The notes beneath the pieces are model-generated. The model saw only the letters and a list, made by a program, of their open reading frames with translations, was not told the origin of the DNA and made no database searches. Source: Chlorokybus atmophyticus (Eukaryota > Plantae > Mesostigma and Chlorokybus algae). From it: a stretch of DNA of 64,000 nt. The stretch is taken from the NCBI GenBank assembly GCA_009103225.1, contig RHPI01002990.1, forward strand, positions 417,976 through 481,975, written 5' to 3'. Shown here piece by piece: positions 1 through 9,654 of this stretch (position 1 is the first letter of the stretch; every line of letters starts with the position of its first letter). A program made the position numbers and the translations under genes.

Positions 1-1986
1 GGACTTGGAAACAGCCTTCTTGCAAGCAGACACCTGCTCGTCGTCGGACTCTGGAGCAGCCTTGCGCTGTACAGGCCTTTGGGCTTCTTTCATGTAGGGC
101 TGGGCCTTACACCAGCATCTGCGGCAGCCCAAGATGCCACCATCTTTCATCTTCAGTATCTGACACTGGGCTGGGTGATCACCAGCCCAGATGAGCAGCA
201 TCGCACGCAAGCGCGTGGTAGCACCGGCTGCTTGAGAGTGCAGGTCAGGGCAAACTTCAGAGGTGGGGAGGGCATAATTGCAGGTGAAGCCCTCAAGCAG
301 CAGTGATTCGAGCTCGTCTATAAGTGGCTTCAGAAAGGGGTCCATGTTGTCAACCCCCTTGGGAAGCTGATCTTTGGGCACAAAACCCACAGGAAGAAGC
401 GAAGACGTCTGCGCGCTCAACAACTTGCCTCCGTTCATGATGGCCACGTTAATCATCAGCGTGTTGCGGGGGCTGGTGCTGGCTGTGGTGAAGCCGTCCC
501 AGTGGCCAATGAAGATGAGGTTCCTCGGGTCACCGCAGGCCATATGCTTGAAAGGACAGGTGACCTGCTCGCAGGTGCGACACCGAAACCTCCACTGCGG
601 CCCATCATCACTGTCGCCTTCAGTGAAGTGGTGGCCTGGTCTGTGAACTGTCTGGCAGTGCTCGCATCTGACTGGCAGCCAGTAGGTCTTCTTGGGGTTG
701 AAGAAGTCGGAGATCTCCCTCATACGAGCTCCATCCCAGACTTCATGTTGACTGGCAGGAGGTACTGCTGGATCTTTGTCAAGCCACCGCTCCCGGTGCA
801 GCCAGGCCTGGAGCCATTGATGACAGATGGTTGGCACGCCCAACATAAGCTGCAACCTTGACCTGAGAGGGAGGTAGTAGAAACTCGTGCCTTCCTTGCG
901 TTTCTGACTGCAGTCTGGGCACTGTTCTTTTGCCATGGCCTTGCGCTCCTTCTCGCGCTGCCGGTAGCTGGAGCGCACCGAGTCTTCGTCTTGCACAACG
1001 AGCTCAGCATTTGGATAGGGCTTGTCGAACAGGTGGCCGCAGGCACAGACAGAATAATGCAGTGTTGAAGGCATCCCCATGCGCTCAAACATGCCAATCA
1101 GGCTCTTGCAAGTAGTTGGCAGCTTGAAGCCTTCGCTCTTCTCATCGAACAATCCCTTCTTAGCCAAAGCCATCAGGGAGCTTTCGCCTTTAAAGAGGAC
1201 AGGGAGCAGTTTGTTGAAGCAGTCCTGCGAGACTCCAGCTTCGTCTAGGATGGATGAGATCTCGATTATCTTGTCCAGGTAAGTTGTAGACGTCTGCTGC
1301 AGATCAGGCAACTTGTCTGCATCAAAGCTGTCCAAAGTGGGTTGCACAGTGGGAATGCTCCTCAGCCGTCTGGCCGCCTCGTCTTTGGCTAAGTGCGCAT
1401 CGATGACCAAGCGCGGCTGCATTATCTGCGACACAGTAAGGGTTCAAGCAACGTGCATGCATGGTCACTTGTTCATCAGCGCAGGCCAAGCGAAGCAACT
1501 TACCAAGCCTTTGCACTTGGAGCAGAGGCAAAGGTCGCGACTGAAGGTTGGAGGCTGCTCAGGCTCAGGCTCTTGGTTGCCAGAATGATCGGATTGCTCG
1601 GCGGCTCCAAAGTCCGGCGTCTCTTGAGAAGATTGTTCTGCTGTCTGCTGGTTGGACAGGTGTGGTTGATCTTCAGGCGCAGGCTCGGGCTCCAAGGCAG
1701 ACGCAGGTGCAGGTTCGGGCTCCAAGGCAGACGCAGGTGCAGGCTCAAGCTCCAAGGCAGACGCAGGTGCAGGCAGCTGCAAATCACCTCCTCCTCCAGT
1801 GAGGTGCGGGCTGATGTTTGTTGGACGCGCTTGCTGGGCGGCCCTCATCTCTTTAAGCAGTGACCGTTTAGCACGTACACTGGCTTTGCGTGGCTTCCCA
1901 CCAGCATGCTTGATTAGTGCAAGCGTTTCATCAAACTGCTCACGCTCGCGCAGAACAGCAGACTGTTGAACAATGCGTCCTGCCAT
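1..1986 (-). CDS. CACTA/EnSpm-superfamily transposase (Tnp2/Transposase_21-like), 3'-partial, 2 exons (1986-1504, 1425-<1)
   Basis: Manual translation. Exon 1 ends LCLCSKCKGL, followed by a GTAAGT...CAG intron (1503-1426). Exon 2 is open for 475 codons to the window edge. It contains CPDC...FYYLPLRSRLQ, EVWDG, DPRNLIFIGHWDGF, DPFLKPLIDELESLLLEG, LRAMLLIWAGDHPAQ and GCRRC. The ORF track misses exon 2 because it has no stop in the window. Confidence 0.87.
1675..1775 (-). repeat. 30-bp coding minisatellite (~3.3 copies) encoding PAPASALEPE in transposase exon 1
   Basis: The unit caggtgcaggttcgggctccaaggcagacg repeats in tandem with few substitutions. Confidence 0.9.
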
Positions 1987-2785
1987 GGCTGCAGATGATA
2001 GCGTGTAAGTCGGACTTGAATACTGCTAACAGTGACAGCAAATGACGGACAACTTGGGGGCTAATAATTGGCAGCAGCGGTCACTGATATCTTGGATTTA
2101 GCAAACGAAAACGGAGCAACTACAAGCATTCACCTTGAACAAGTGAGATTGAATGCAAGACGCCCAGCAGCAAGCTAACAGACTGTAAGGGAGACACTCT
2201 CGACCAAGCCTCACTGACAGAGCAAACCAAGCACCAATAACAAGCTAGCATAAGCCTTACCAGCAAGAGCTCGTGAGCAGAAATAACTCCTTCTTCCCTT
2301 TGTCAGCAGCTCCGCTCCGCAGCAGCAGCAATTTTGCTCCGCAGGAGCAGCACTTCCGCTTTGCAGCAGCAATAGCTCAACTCCGCAGCAGCAGCTCAGT
2401 TCACCGTCCTCGAGAACCCAAGAATCCAGACAGCTTCATCCAACCTGCCGCAGCTCAGCTCCAGCTCCAGCTGATGTGCAATTTTTGCCAGATCTGCTTC
2501 TTGGTAGAAGCAGCTTCTTCTCATAAGCAGCTCAGCAGCAGCAGCAGCAGTAGCTCACGCCACTGGCTTCTCCAAGTAAACCAGCAGCAGCAGCTCGCGC
2601 CGCCGCCTCCTTCTCTTCCTCCAAGCATGCAGCTCAGCATCCGCTCCGACCCAGCTCAGCTCAGCTCCAAGGCTGCTGGTCGGTACGAGGGTGTTGTGCC
2701 GTTCTCGGCACAAGCCATTGATGTAATCCGCTGCCGGTCACAGCGCAGGAGGAGAGAAGGCTGCTGCTTTGCTACAGTACAAGTC

Positions 2786-3123
2786 TACTGTGCCGCTCTC
2801 GGCATAAGTTTTCTGCACCGGTAGCGGCACAATGATTGACGAACCGTTAACGGATCGCTAGTCTCGTGCCGTGATCGGGATGTGGAACCTTGTACCGATC
2901 ACGGCACCAGCTCTGTTGTGCCGACTTCAGCTTGGACTGTCTTGTGCCGTCAATGGCACAAGGGAGCAAAGGCGCCGACGCCGGCACAAGACTGCAGTCT
3001 GCGTACCGACCGCGGACGGCTTTTTTTGCCAGGAAGTCCCGACGGCACAGCCTGGTTGTGCCGTCTGCGCCGAAGAAGTTGACTGCTTGTGCCGTGAACG
3101 GCACGCACTGCAGGCGCCATGTG
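2786..3123 (-). mobile_element. Putative left end of the CACTA element: subterminal GTGCCG/CGGCAC motif array; candidate terminus CACATG at 3123
   Basis: About a dozen TGCCG/CGGCA motifs lie in both orientations, several as hairpins (gtgccgtgatcgg...ccgatcacggcac; cttgtgccgtcaatggcacaag), upstream of the transposase. Clustered subterminal repeats are typical of CACTA ends. The exact terminus is inferred. Confidence 0.6.
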
Positions 3124-3874
3124 CATGTTGCTATATGAAAATCTCCTGCATGATGTAGGTGATTTTCTTAGGATGCAACACCAACTGCCCTTTGGTGATG
3201 CAGATAAGCTCGATCGGGTTCAAGCTTTCAAAAGTAACTAGTTCAATCCGAGCTCATGTACGAGGCAAAGAGAGGTCACATTTACGAGGCTGAGGGTGAC
3301 ATCTGCGCTCAAGCGCTTTCCCACCGTATCAGGTACAAGCAGTCGGTTGCAAAGCAAACGCGCCCAAGAGTGGCACAGACTGCCTCATCCACTCGGTCTT
3401 TGAACTTGAGCTTGAACTTCAACACCGAAACAACAAAGCCATGAGGATATGCAGGAATATGCAGGGATTACGGTAATCAATTAATCATCAATTGATTACC
3501 GCAAGCTATTGGTTAGAGTATAACCAAGGTGGCCATATCGAGGTGGAGGATGCCATACACAACCCTCGCATGCGTTCCGTCACAATAAGAGATGTGATGT
3601 TTCCGCACTTAAACACCAACAGCATGCCGAGCTGTTGGCTATGCCTCCGAAAAACCTGTGTTAGGGTGTGGGTTCTAAATCCCCCCCTTTTTGCAGCAAG
3701 GTACATTAAAGCGCATGCTCATTGCAGCAGAGCATGCTGGCATTACTATGCGGTACATGATGATCAATAAACGGTATGTGCTATTATGAACATCTACCAC
3801 TTAAGAATGAGTATATATAACGGTTGCAAGCCTCGACTTAACGGCTTTAACGTGTTGACAACGACATTAAACTT

Positions 3875-3946
3875 AAGTGGAGCTTGACTAACATCAGCTA
3901 CGCCGTACACGTGTACGGCGTAGCTGATGTTGGTCAAGCTCCACTT
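3875..3946. repeat. 72-bp near-perfect palindrome (36-bp arms, no spacer, 1 mismatch)
   Basis: aagtggagcttgactaacatcagctacgccgtacac|gtgtacggcgtagctgatgttggtcaagctccactt. Confidence 0.95.
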
Positions 3947-4210
3947 GAATACGTACGTAAGTGCAGCTTCATTCTTGCGATCAAAACTTTGATATGTACA
4001 CGAGTTGACGTAAGGCACATTCATTATTGTCTTGCAATTGGTCACAGAGCCCAAAATTTGTACACGGCATAGCTGATGTTGGTCAAGCTTCATTTGAGCA
4101 TGTACTCAGGTAAAGCTTCATTCTTGCGATCGTAACTTCAATATGTACACGAATTGACATAAGGCGCGTGCATTTTTGTTTTGCAATTGGTCGCAAACCC
4201 CGAAATCTAA
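3911..4210 (+). repeat. Diverged ~150-bp tandem duplication
   Basis: The block tagctgatgttggtcaagct...gcttcattcttgcgatc...atatgtacacga...ttgcaattggtc occurs twice about 150 bp apart. Confidence 0.85.
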
Positions 4211-4249
4211 CAAGTTTTTTGCTTAATTTGTTTGTTTGTTTATACAAAT

Positions 4250-5100
4250 GTCACAGTGTGTGTGCGTGCGCCTACATGTGTGCGTGCTTGCATGCCTGAG
4301 TGCATCTGCACGCTCATGCGTGCTTGTGTGCGTGTGCGTGCGTTGTGGTGCTCTGCGCGTGTGCCTATGTATGCGCGTGTTTGCACGCTGGATCTGCGCA
4401 CGTGCGTATGCGTGCACACGCGTTGGCACACGCACGAGCATGCCTGCAGGTTGTGCGTGCATGCGAGCGTGTACGGCATAGTGTGCAACCCGTACAATTC
4501 CCTTGCGCACCTGTGCTCGGCAGCGCGCATGCGCGCTGTGCATGTGCCTGCCAATGCGTGTGCCAATGCGCGTGCCGTGGGGCATGTGCATTGGCCTGCG
4601 AGCGTGGCGTGAACGGCGTAGTGCGCGAACGGCGTAGTGCGCGAGCATCACTACAAATATCTTGATGCACACGCATACCTGAGCATGTGCAGATGCGTGA
4701 TGTGTATGTGTACATGTACATGTGCACATGCGCATTGCATGCGCGCGTGTGCACTGCATATTGCGCGATTACGCGTGTGCACTGGCGTGCGCGCATGTAT
4801 GAGCGCATGTGCGTGTGTAGACGCTGAGTATGTATGCGTGCAAGCGCGCGTGCGCGAACGCCATAACATGAACACACCTTATGATGTGAATGCGCGTGCG
4901 CAGGTGCATGGTAGTGTGCGATCATTTGAATGATGTTATCTGCACGATGTGTATGCAACTCGCATACCTCGCACATGCGATGCTATGCAATATTTGCATT
5001 ATACAAATTGACAAACTAATGTCATGCATGTGCACTAAATGCGTTGCGATACGAACCTGCTCACGAGGTCACGGTGAGTATCAGCTGCTCTATATGTAAT
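4250..5100. repeat. Low-complexity alternating purine-pyrimidine tract (GT/GC/AT/AC mix)
   Basis: Long runs such as gtgtgtgcgtgcgcc and gcatgtgcagatgcgtg. ORFs here are compositional artefacts. Confidence 0.85.
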
Positions 5101-5178
5101 ATGTGCATCTTATAAACGAAACAAACCGACACGCATGCGCACAAGTTGCGCAATTGCCATTGAAGAAGTCATTGTAGG

Positions 5179-5638
5179 TGTAACGGGAAGGCACATAAAA
5201 ATACCACAAATCGACCATAAAAGCACCAAGTCTTTTGTGGTCGAGTGGGCTGTGACATTGGTCATCGGGCTTGAGACTCGGGTTCGATTCCTGCCTTGCA
5301 CCCGAATCCCGCGGTCGTTGTTTCTCGATCCAATAACATCGTAAATGGTCGCTTTAAGAGTGCCATCATCGATGGGTCGCGACTTGCCTAATGGCAGTCG
5401 CGCCGAACTGACCAGTTCAGTCGGCGCGGCAGTGCGCGACCTGCCTATCGCGGCGGCGCGACCTGTGGGGCCGGCAGCGGCGCGATATGCGCGCGTTGAC
5501 CGGTATGGGCCTAAATTGGCCGGTCCTTGGGTGGTGGGGCCGGTGACCGACCCTAACAAACCCCTTGGGTAATTCCCCAGCTGACCGGGCAGCTGCCGAG
5601 GACGTCAGCGTTCTTAAGTGGGGGGAATGGCTGTGACA
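5179..5638 (+). mobile_element. 460-bp solo-LTR-like insertion with 5-bp TSD GTAGG
   Basis: Starts TGTAAC and ends GTGACA. GTAGG lies at 5174-5178 and 5639-5643. Removing the insert restores agaagtcattgtaggtacatc, matching the repeat unit agaagtcactgtaggtacatc at ~8474-8494. Confidence 0.8.
5224..5302 (+). pseudogene. tRNA-like (tRNA-Gly-like) sequence with intact Pol III A and B boxes inside the LTR-like element
   Basis: A box TGGTCGAGTGG (5238-5248) and B box GGTTCGATTCC (5281-5291) have tRNA-like spacing. The D-stem GTCG/TGAC pairs; acceptor and anticodon stems are degenerate. Confidence 0.6.
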
Positions 5639-5777
5639 GTAGGTACATCATTTTATGTGATCAAGTCAATGTTACATGACCAAGACAGGAACCGTGTGAA
5701 ATAGGTAAAAGAAGTGTGCAACTGCCACTCGAGAAGCACGCATGCGCACAAGTTGCGCAATTGCCATTGAAGAAGTT
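5639..5777 (+). repeat. ~100-bp dispersed repeat unit U (left part at 5131-5178; further copies at 8381-8540)
   Basis: Shared sequence gtaggtacatcattttatgtgatcaagtcaatgttacatgaccaagacaggaaccgtg...gtgcaa(c/t)tgccactcgagaag. A 40-bp direct repeat also occurs at 5131-5170 and 5738-5777. Confidence 0.85.
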
Positions 5778-6664
5778 ATTCGGCTGTTGACCATGTTTGA
5801 TGACGCAGTAACTATAGCGTGTAATCAATTAGCGTTAAAGGGTAGAGTGGATTAGTTAGAACGAGGGTGAGTAGTGGCGGCATGTCTTTGGGGTATGGGG
5901 CCTGCCCCGACCTCGTATCGCCAAAAATGCGGCCGTTTTAACCACTAACTGTGCCGCAATTTTACCAAATCCCTAGCCATTTTGGGTCGCCGTTGGTAAG
6001 CGGTTGCCGCTGAGATATGTTTCAGCATCTTTTACGCATCTTTGCAATGATTGGCCATTTCGCTGCCTTTTTGAGCAACTGGCTGTTGTCACCGTTGCGA
6101 TCCCATTTGATCAAATTCATGCGTGACCAAATGGTGGCCTAACGATGCGATTTTTCGTTTAGTTGAATCTCAACGTTAAGGTAATTTAGGTTAGCATTAT
6201 TTTGATGGTCGTAACCTTGGCATTATTTACGGAGTTTCGCAGCACGTACCGTGACGTGAACGTTACGTTAATTATTTAATTTTGAAACACTTGACAGCAT
6301 TTGCTAATCATATCGCACCATGTTGCACCATATTGCACCATATTGCACCATATGTATCAATAATATCTTTAATGTAACACACTAAAATGATCAACATGCA
6401 GCCATAAGCGGCCATGTATGCAGAACTGTGCTTAATTTTACATTTATTGGCATGCGCTTAAAAAATTGGATGTGCCTTGGACGGCCAGGATCGTGTTTAG
6501 GCATCTAACGGTGAAACGCTTATTCTCGCCGCCTAGCCAATGAGAAGCAGACGGGCCGCACATACTGCCGCGCAGCCCTGCAGTCGCGGGTGCCGTGTGA
6601 TGGCCCTAACGCGGGATGTGTGATGTAGGTTGAATTGCCGACAGGCCGGCCGGCCCGACCAATA

Positions 6665-7561
6665 GGCGTGATGGGCGTAATGAATCTGCGCTTATAGCAT
6701 AAATATGCTCTTAACGTTCAAAAGCATAACCCTGCCAAGAGCATACAATTTTTGAGAATAATAGTATGCTCTTACAAAAGGGTAGACTATATAGTCTACC
6801 CCCGTTAAAAGACTTCGGTTTATGAGAATAACCCCGTTGAGATCATAGATTTGCAAAAGACCAATGGTTTTACAGGCAAATATTATCGGTTAGTGGAATA
6901 GTTTTGTACGCAATAAGACTACAACGAAGGGTTAATCTTTTGAGTAAGCTCAGTCTTGTTACGGGGGAATACCTCGTTAATGGCATGTTTATTTTGATAT
7001 TATAAACATAAACAAATTAAAAGACTCATATGTAGTTACGTAGACTCATATATAGTTACGTAGACTCATATATAATTACGTAGACTCATGTATAATTACG
7101 TAGACTCATGTATAGACTCATATATAGTTACGTACATACTATTGGTAATCAATTTATTGTTGACTATTATTGATTTAGTCTATGCTACGTTAAAATATAA
7201 TAACGTGGCTTACGGTTATTTCGCAATGCCCATGTTAGTAAAATATATATTATGTAAAGAATAAAATAGTATATATCATTGTAAACGCCAAGAGAATAAC
7301 CCCGTTGATGGAATGAAAGCTGAAAGATACACGTGATTTGTATAGCGGAGGTAGACTACAGTACAGTTAAGGTACATAGTTGTACCTAATTGCATTGAAA
7401 CATCTATTGTACAATCTACCCCTTTTAATAGCATACTGTTTATTTTTAAAGATAGTTTGCTCCTGGCGGGGTTATGCTCTTGGCGATAAATTGCGTAATA
7501 TGCTCTTAAACATTAAGAGCATCTGTATGCTATAAAGCAGTTTAATACGCCCATCACGCCC
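6665..7561. mobile_element. Foldback/MITE-like element with ~140-150-bp diverged terminal inverted repeats
   Basis: ggcgtgatgggcgtaa...tatagcata...tatgctcttaa...gcataacc...agtatgct...gggtaga (6665-6790) is the reverse complement of ~7410-7561. The interior is AT-rich. No TSD was found. Confidence 0.65.
7021..7135 (+). repeat. 20-bp minisatellite tagactcatatatagttacg (~5.5 copies)
   Basis: Direct tandem copies are visible. Confidence 0.92.
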
Positions 7562-8015
7562 ATTACATCACGCGCGTTACGTCACGTCTATTATGCCATC
7601 GCTCATTACGCTGATTACGTGTTGCACTGTATCCCATCACGCCTTGTCCATCACACTCATTACGCCTGATGACAAACCCGTCACGCGCTACTCCCTCAAT
7701 GTTAAGAATATGCACACTTACATTTGCAAAAATATCATGAAAAATAATATGCTCTTCGCGGTTAGTCATATTCTCTGAAGCACTAGCATTTGCCTGTAGC
7801 ATCGTCGGTGATCTCAAAACGTATGCTACAAGCGGGGTTATTCTCCTGGAGCAAAGTCTTTTAGCGGGGGTGGACTGTATAACGCACACATGACGCATAT
7901 GTGCACCGTGCATGTTATGCTCAAAATGTATTTCTTTTATTCATTCGCATGCTTTGTGCAATTGCACGATATGGGGATGTGCTTTGGAAGGTTGAGATTT
8001 GTTTAACACAAATCG

Positions 8016-8365
8016 AATGGCCGATAGCTGATAAACGTCGCATAGCCAATGAGAGGCAGGCGGGCTGCTCGGTATGCGCGGCAGGCATGTAGTCTCGGCT
8101 GCCGTGTGTGATGGCCCTCAGTGCGCGTGATGTGTCTTTGTGCCCTAATGTCGGCCTCCCGGCCGCCCGGCCGGCTCAATCCCGCCCAATGGCCGATAGC
8201 TGATAAACGTCGCATAGCCAATGAGAGGCAGGCGGGCTGCTCGGTATGCGCGGCAGGCATGTAGTCTCGGCTGCCGTGTGTGATGGCCCTCAGTGCGCGT
8301 GATGTGTCTTTATGCCCTAATGCCGGCCTCCCGGCCGGCCGGCCGGCCCAATCCCGCCCAATCAG
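8016..8365 (+). repeat. 172-bp GC-rich tandem repeat (2 copies; diverged third copy ~6525-6665) with several CCAAT motifs
   Basis: aatggccgatagctgataaacg starts at 8016 and again at 8188. The copies are nearly identical. Confidence 0.9.
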
Positions 8366-8380
8366 CCGCACCGCTAGTTG

Positions 8381-8540
8381 CAGGTACATCATTTTATGTG
8401 ATTAAGTCAATGTTACATGATCAAGACAGGAACCGTATGAAAAAGGCAACAGAAATGTGCAATTGCCACTCGAGAAGTCACTGTAGGTACATCATTCTAT
8501 GTGATCAAGTCAATGTTACATGACCAAGACAGGAACCGTG
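8381..8540 (+). repeat. Two tandem copies (one partial) of repeat unit U, immediately 3' of tRNA-Arg
   Basis: caggtacatcattttatgtgattaagtcaatgttacatgatcaagacaggaaccg is followed by ctgtaggtacatcattctatgtgatcaagtcaatgttacatgaccaagacaggaaccg. Confidence 0.85.
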
Positions 8541-8545
8541 TTCCC

Positions 8546-8559
8546 AAAAAGAAAAAAAA
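8546..8559 (-). terminator. Pol III oligo-T terminator of tRNA-Arg
   Basis: On the minus strand, T8-C-T5 begins 5 nt after the tRNA 3' end. Confidence 0.85.
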
Positions 8560-8564
8560 TGTGA

Positions 8565-8638
8565 CGACCACAACGGGAATCGAACCCGCGACCTCTGGAT
8601 CCGAAGTCCAACGCGCTAATCCACTGCGCTATGCGGTC
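8565..8638 (-). tRNA. trnR-UCG: tRNA-Arg(UCG), intronless, 74 nt
   Basis: GACCGCA-TA-GCGC-AGTGGATTA-GCGC-G-TTGGA-CTTCGGA-TCCAG-AGGTC-GCGGG-TTCGATT-CCCGT-TGTGGTC-G folds as a full cloverleaf with anticodon TCG. An upstream TATA-like motif (atatataa) and a CAA motif are present. Confidence 0.96.
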
Positions 8639-8639
8639 A

Positions 8640-9418
8640 TCTGTTTTGATAGCGTGTAAGTCTTGTTATATATTGCATGCTGTTAAATAGTAAACGGAAG
8701 CAATTGACCAATCTTTGTTCGTTCCTAAGTTCCGACCATCAACTTCCATCCGCCCCCTGTTTAAATAGAATGTAAGTCCAGCAATTGTATTTGATATCCG
8801 TCAAATAGCAAACGGAAGCAATTGACATCAACTTCCATCCGCCGCCGGAAGTAGGCGGAGGGGGTCTGCCAGTTGCGATGTGGCTGACATGGCCAGGGAT
8901 GGCGCCCAAAGTTGGCGCCGCGGAGTACGGGCGTCTTAGCGCAGACGCCGCGCGGTACGGGCGCTTGCGGTTGTGGCCCTGGCAGGAGCGCATGGAGCCA
9001 TGCGCCCTGCGCTGGATCCTCCGCTCTGTTCATGTTGCTGCGGCCGCCCAGGGGGGGCGGCGGCGGCGGTGGCGATCGGGATTAGGGTTGACAGCTCAAG
9101 CCAGCGGACGGCTGTGCGTCGGAATCTCTCGCCCACCTCTGCTTTTCGGACGCGCTGCTTGGACAAAGTTGCTGCCGACAGCAAAGGTAAGTGCCTGCCG
9201 CCTGTGGCACAGTCTGCTACACCATCGTATTGGTCAATAATGCGAAACGTTGCGCTAGGTACAGGTAGTAGTAGTCGTGCGTAAGTAGGCCCGTATGCAT
9301 GTTAGGCATAGAGGCAGTGCCAGCAAACAACACAGCAGCAGCAGCGGCATTCCTTTGCACCCATCATGCTGTGCTTTCATGGAACGTTCAGTCAGCAGCA
9401 GTACGCGTTTACGTCTCA
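8640..9418 (+). repeat. Repeat module R, copy 1 (5' ~780 bp only)
   Basis: High similarity to 21160-21996 and 29300-30100. It opens with ~105-bp subrepeats (aaatagcaaacggaagcaattgacc...ttcctaagttccgacc), followed by a GC-rich segment with a splice donor (gcaaag|gtaagt). Confidence 0.9.
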
Positions 9419-9654
9419 TCTGAATTTCGTGGCTTTAGTGCAACCGATGACGGAAATCGAAACTCACTGCTATATGTACGCAAATACAAGCACGGAACAC
9501 GGTCCCCTCGGCCGTCGATGGCGGCGATGACGCGGTAGAGTCAGAGCAGGGCGGCGAAGTCCGCACGATGACACCTGGCGCGCTCCGCCGCCCCTTTTGC
9601 TCAGTGGGCTGCGGCGTACGGCGAGAGGATGCAGCGCAGTACGGGCAGTTTAAC

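Noticed and set aside
79-1863. Plus-strand ORFs over the first 1.9 kb
   Set aside because: They are antisense shadows of the minus-strand CACTA transposase.
2273-2824. 183-aa ORF rich in Q/S/A
   Set aside because: It arises from CAG/CAGCT low complexity in the transposon leader, is antisense to the transposase, and shows no domain.
4223-5099. Many C/V/H/T/R-rich ORFs
   Set aside because: They are translations of dinucleotide-like repeats; the same applies to 63190-63980.
5224-5302. Functional tRNA gene
   Set aside because: The acceptor and anticodon stems do not pair; it is kept only as a tRNA-derived promoter-like sequence.
7021-7135. CRISPR-like array
   Set aside because: The repeats are contiguous with no unique spacers, the context is eukaryotic, and there are no cas genes.
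9080-9090. TTAGGG/telo-box-like motifs (also ~9925, ~16960, ~21660)
   Set aside because: These are single copies inside repeats, not telomeric arrays, and too short to call regulatory.
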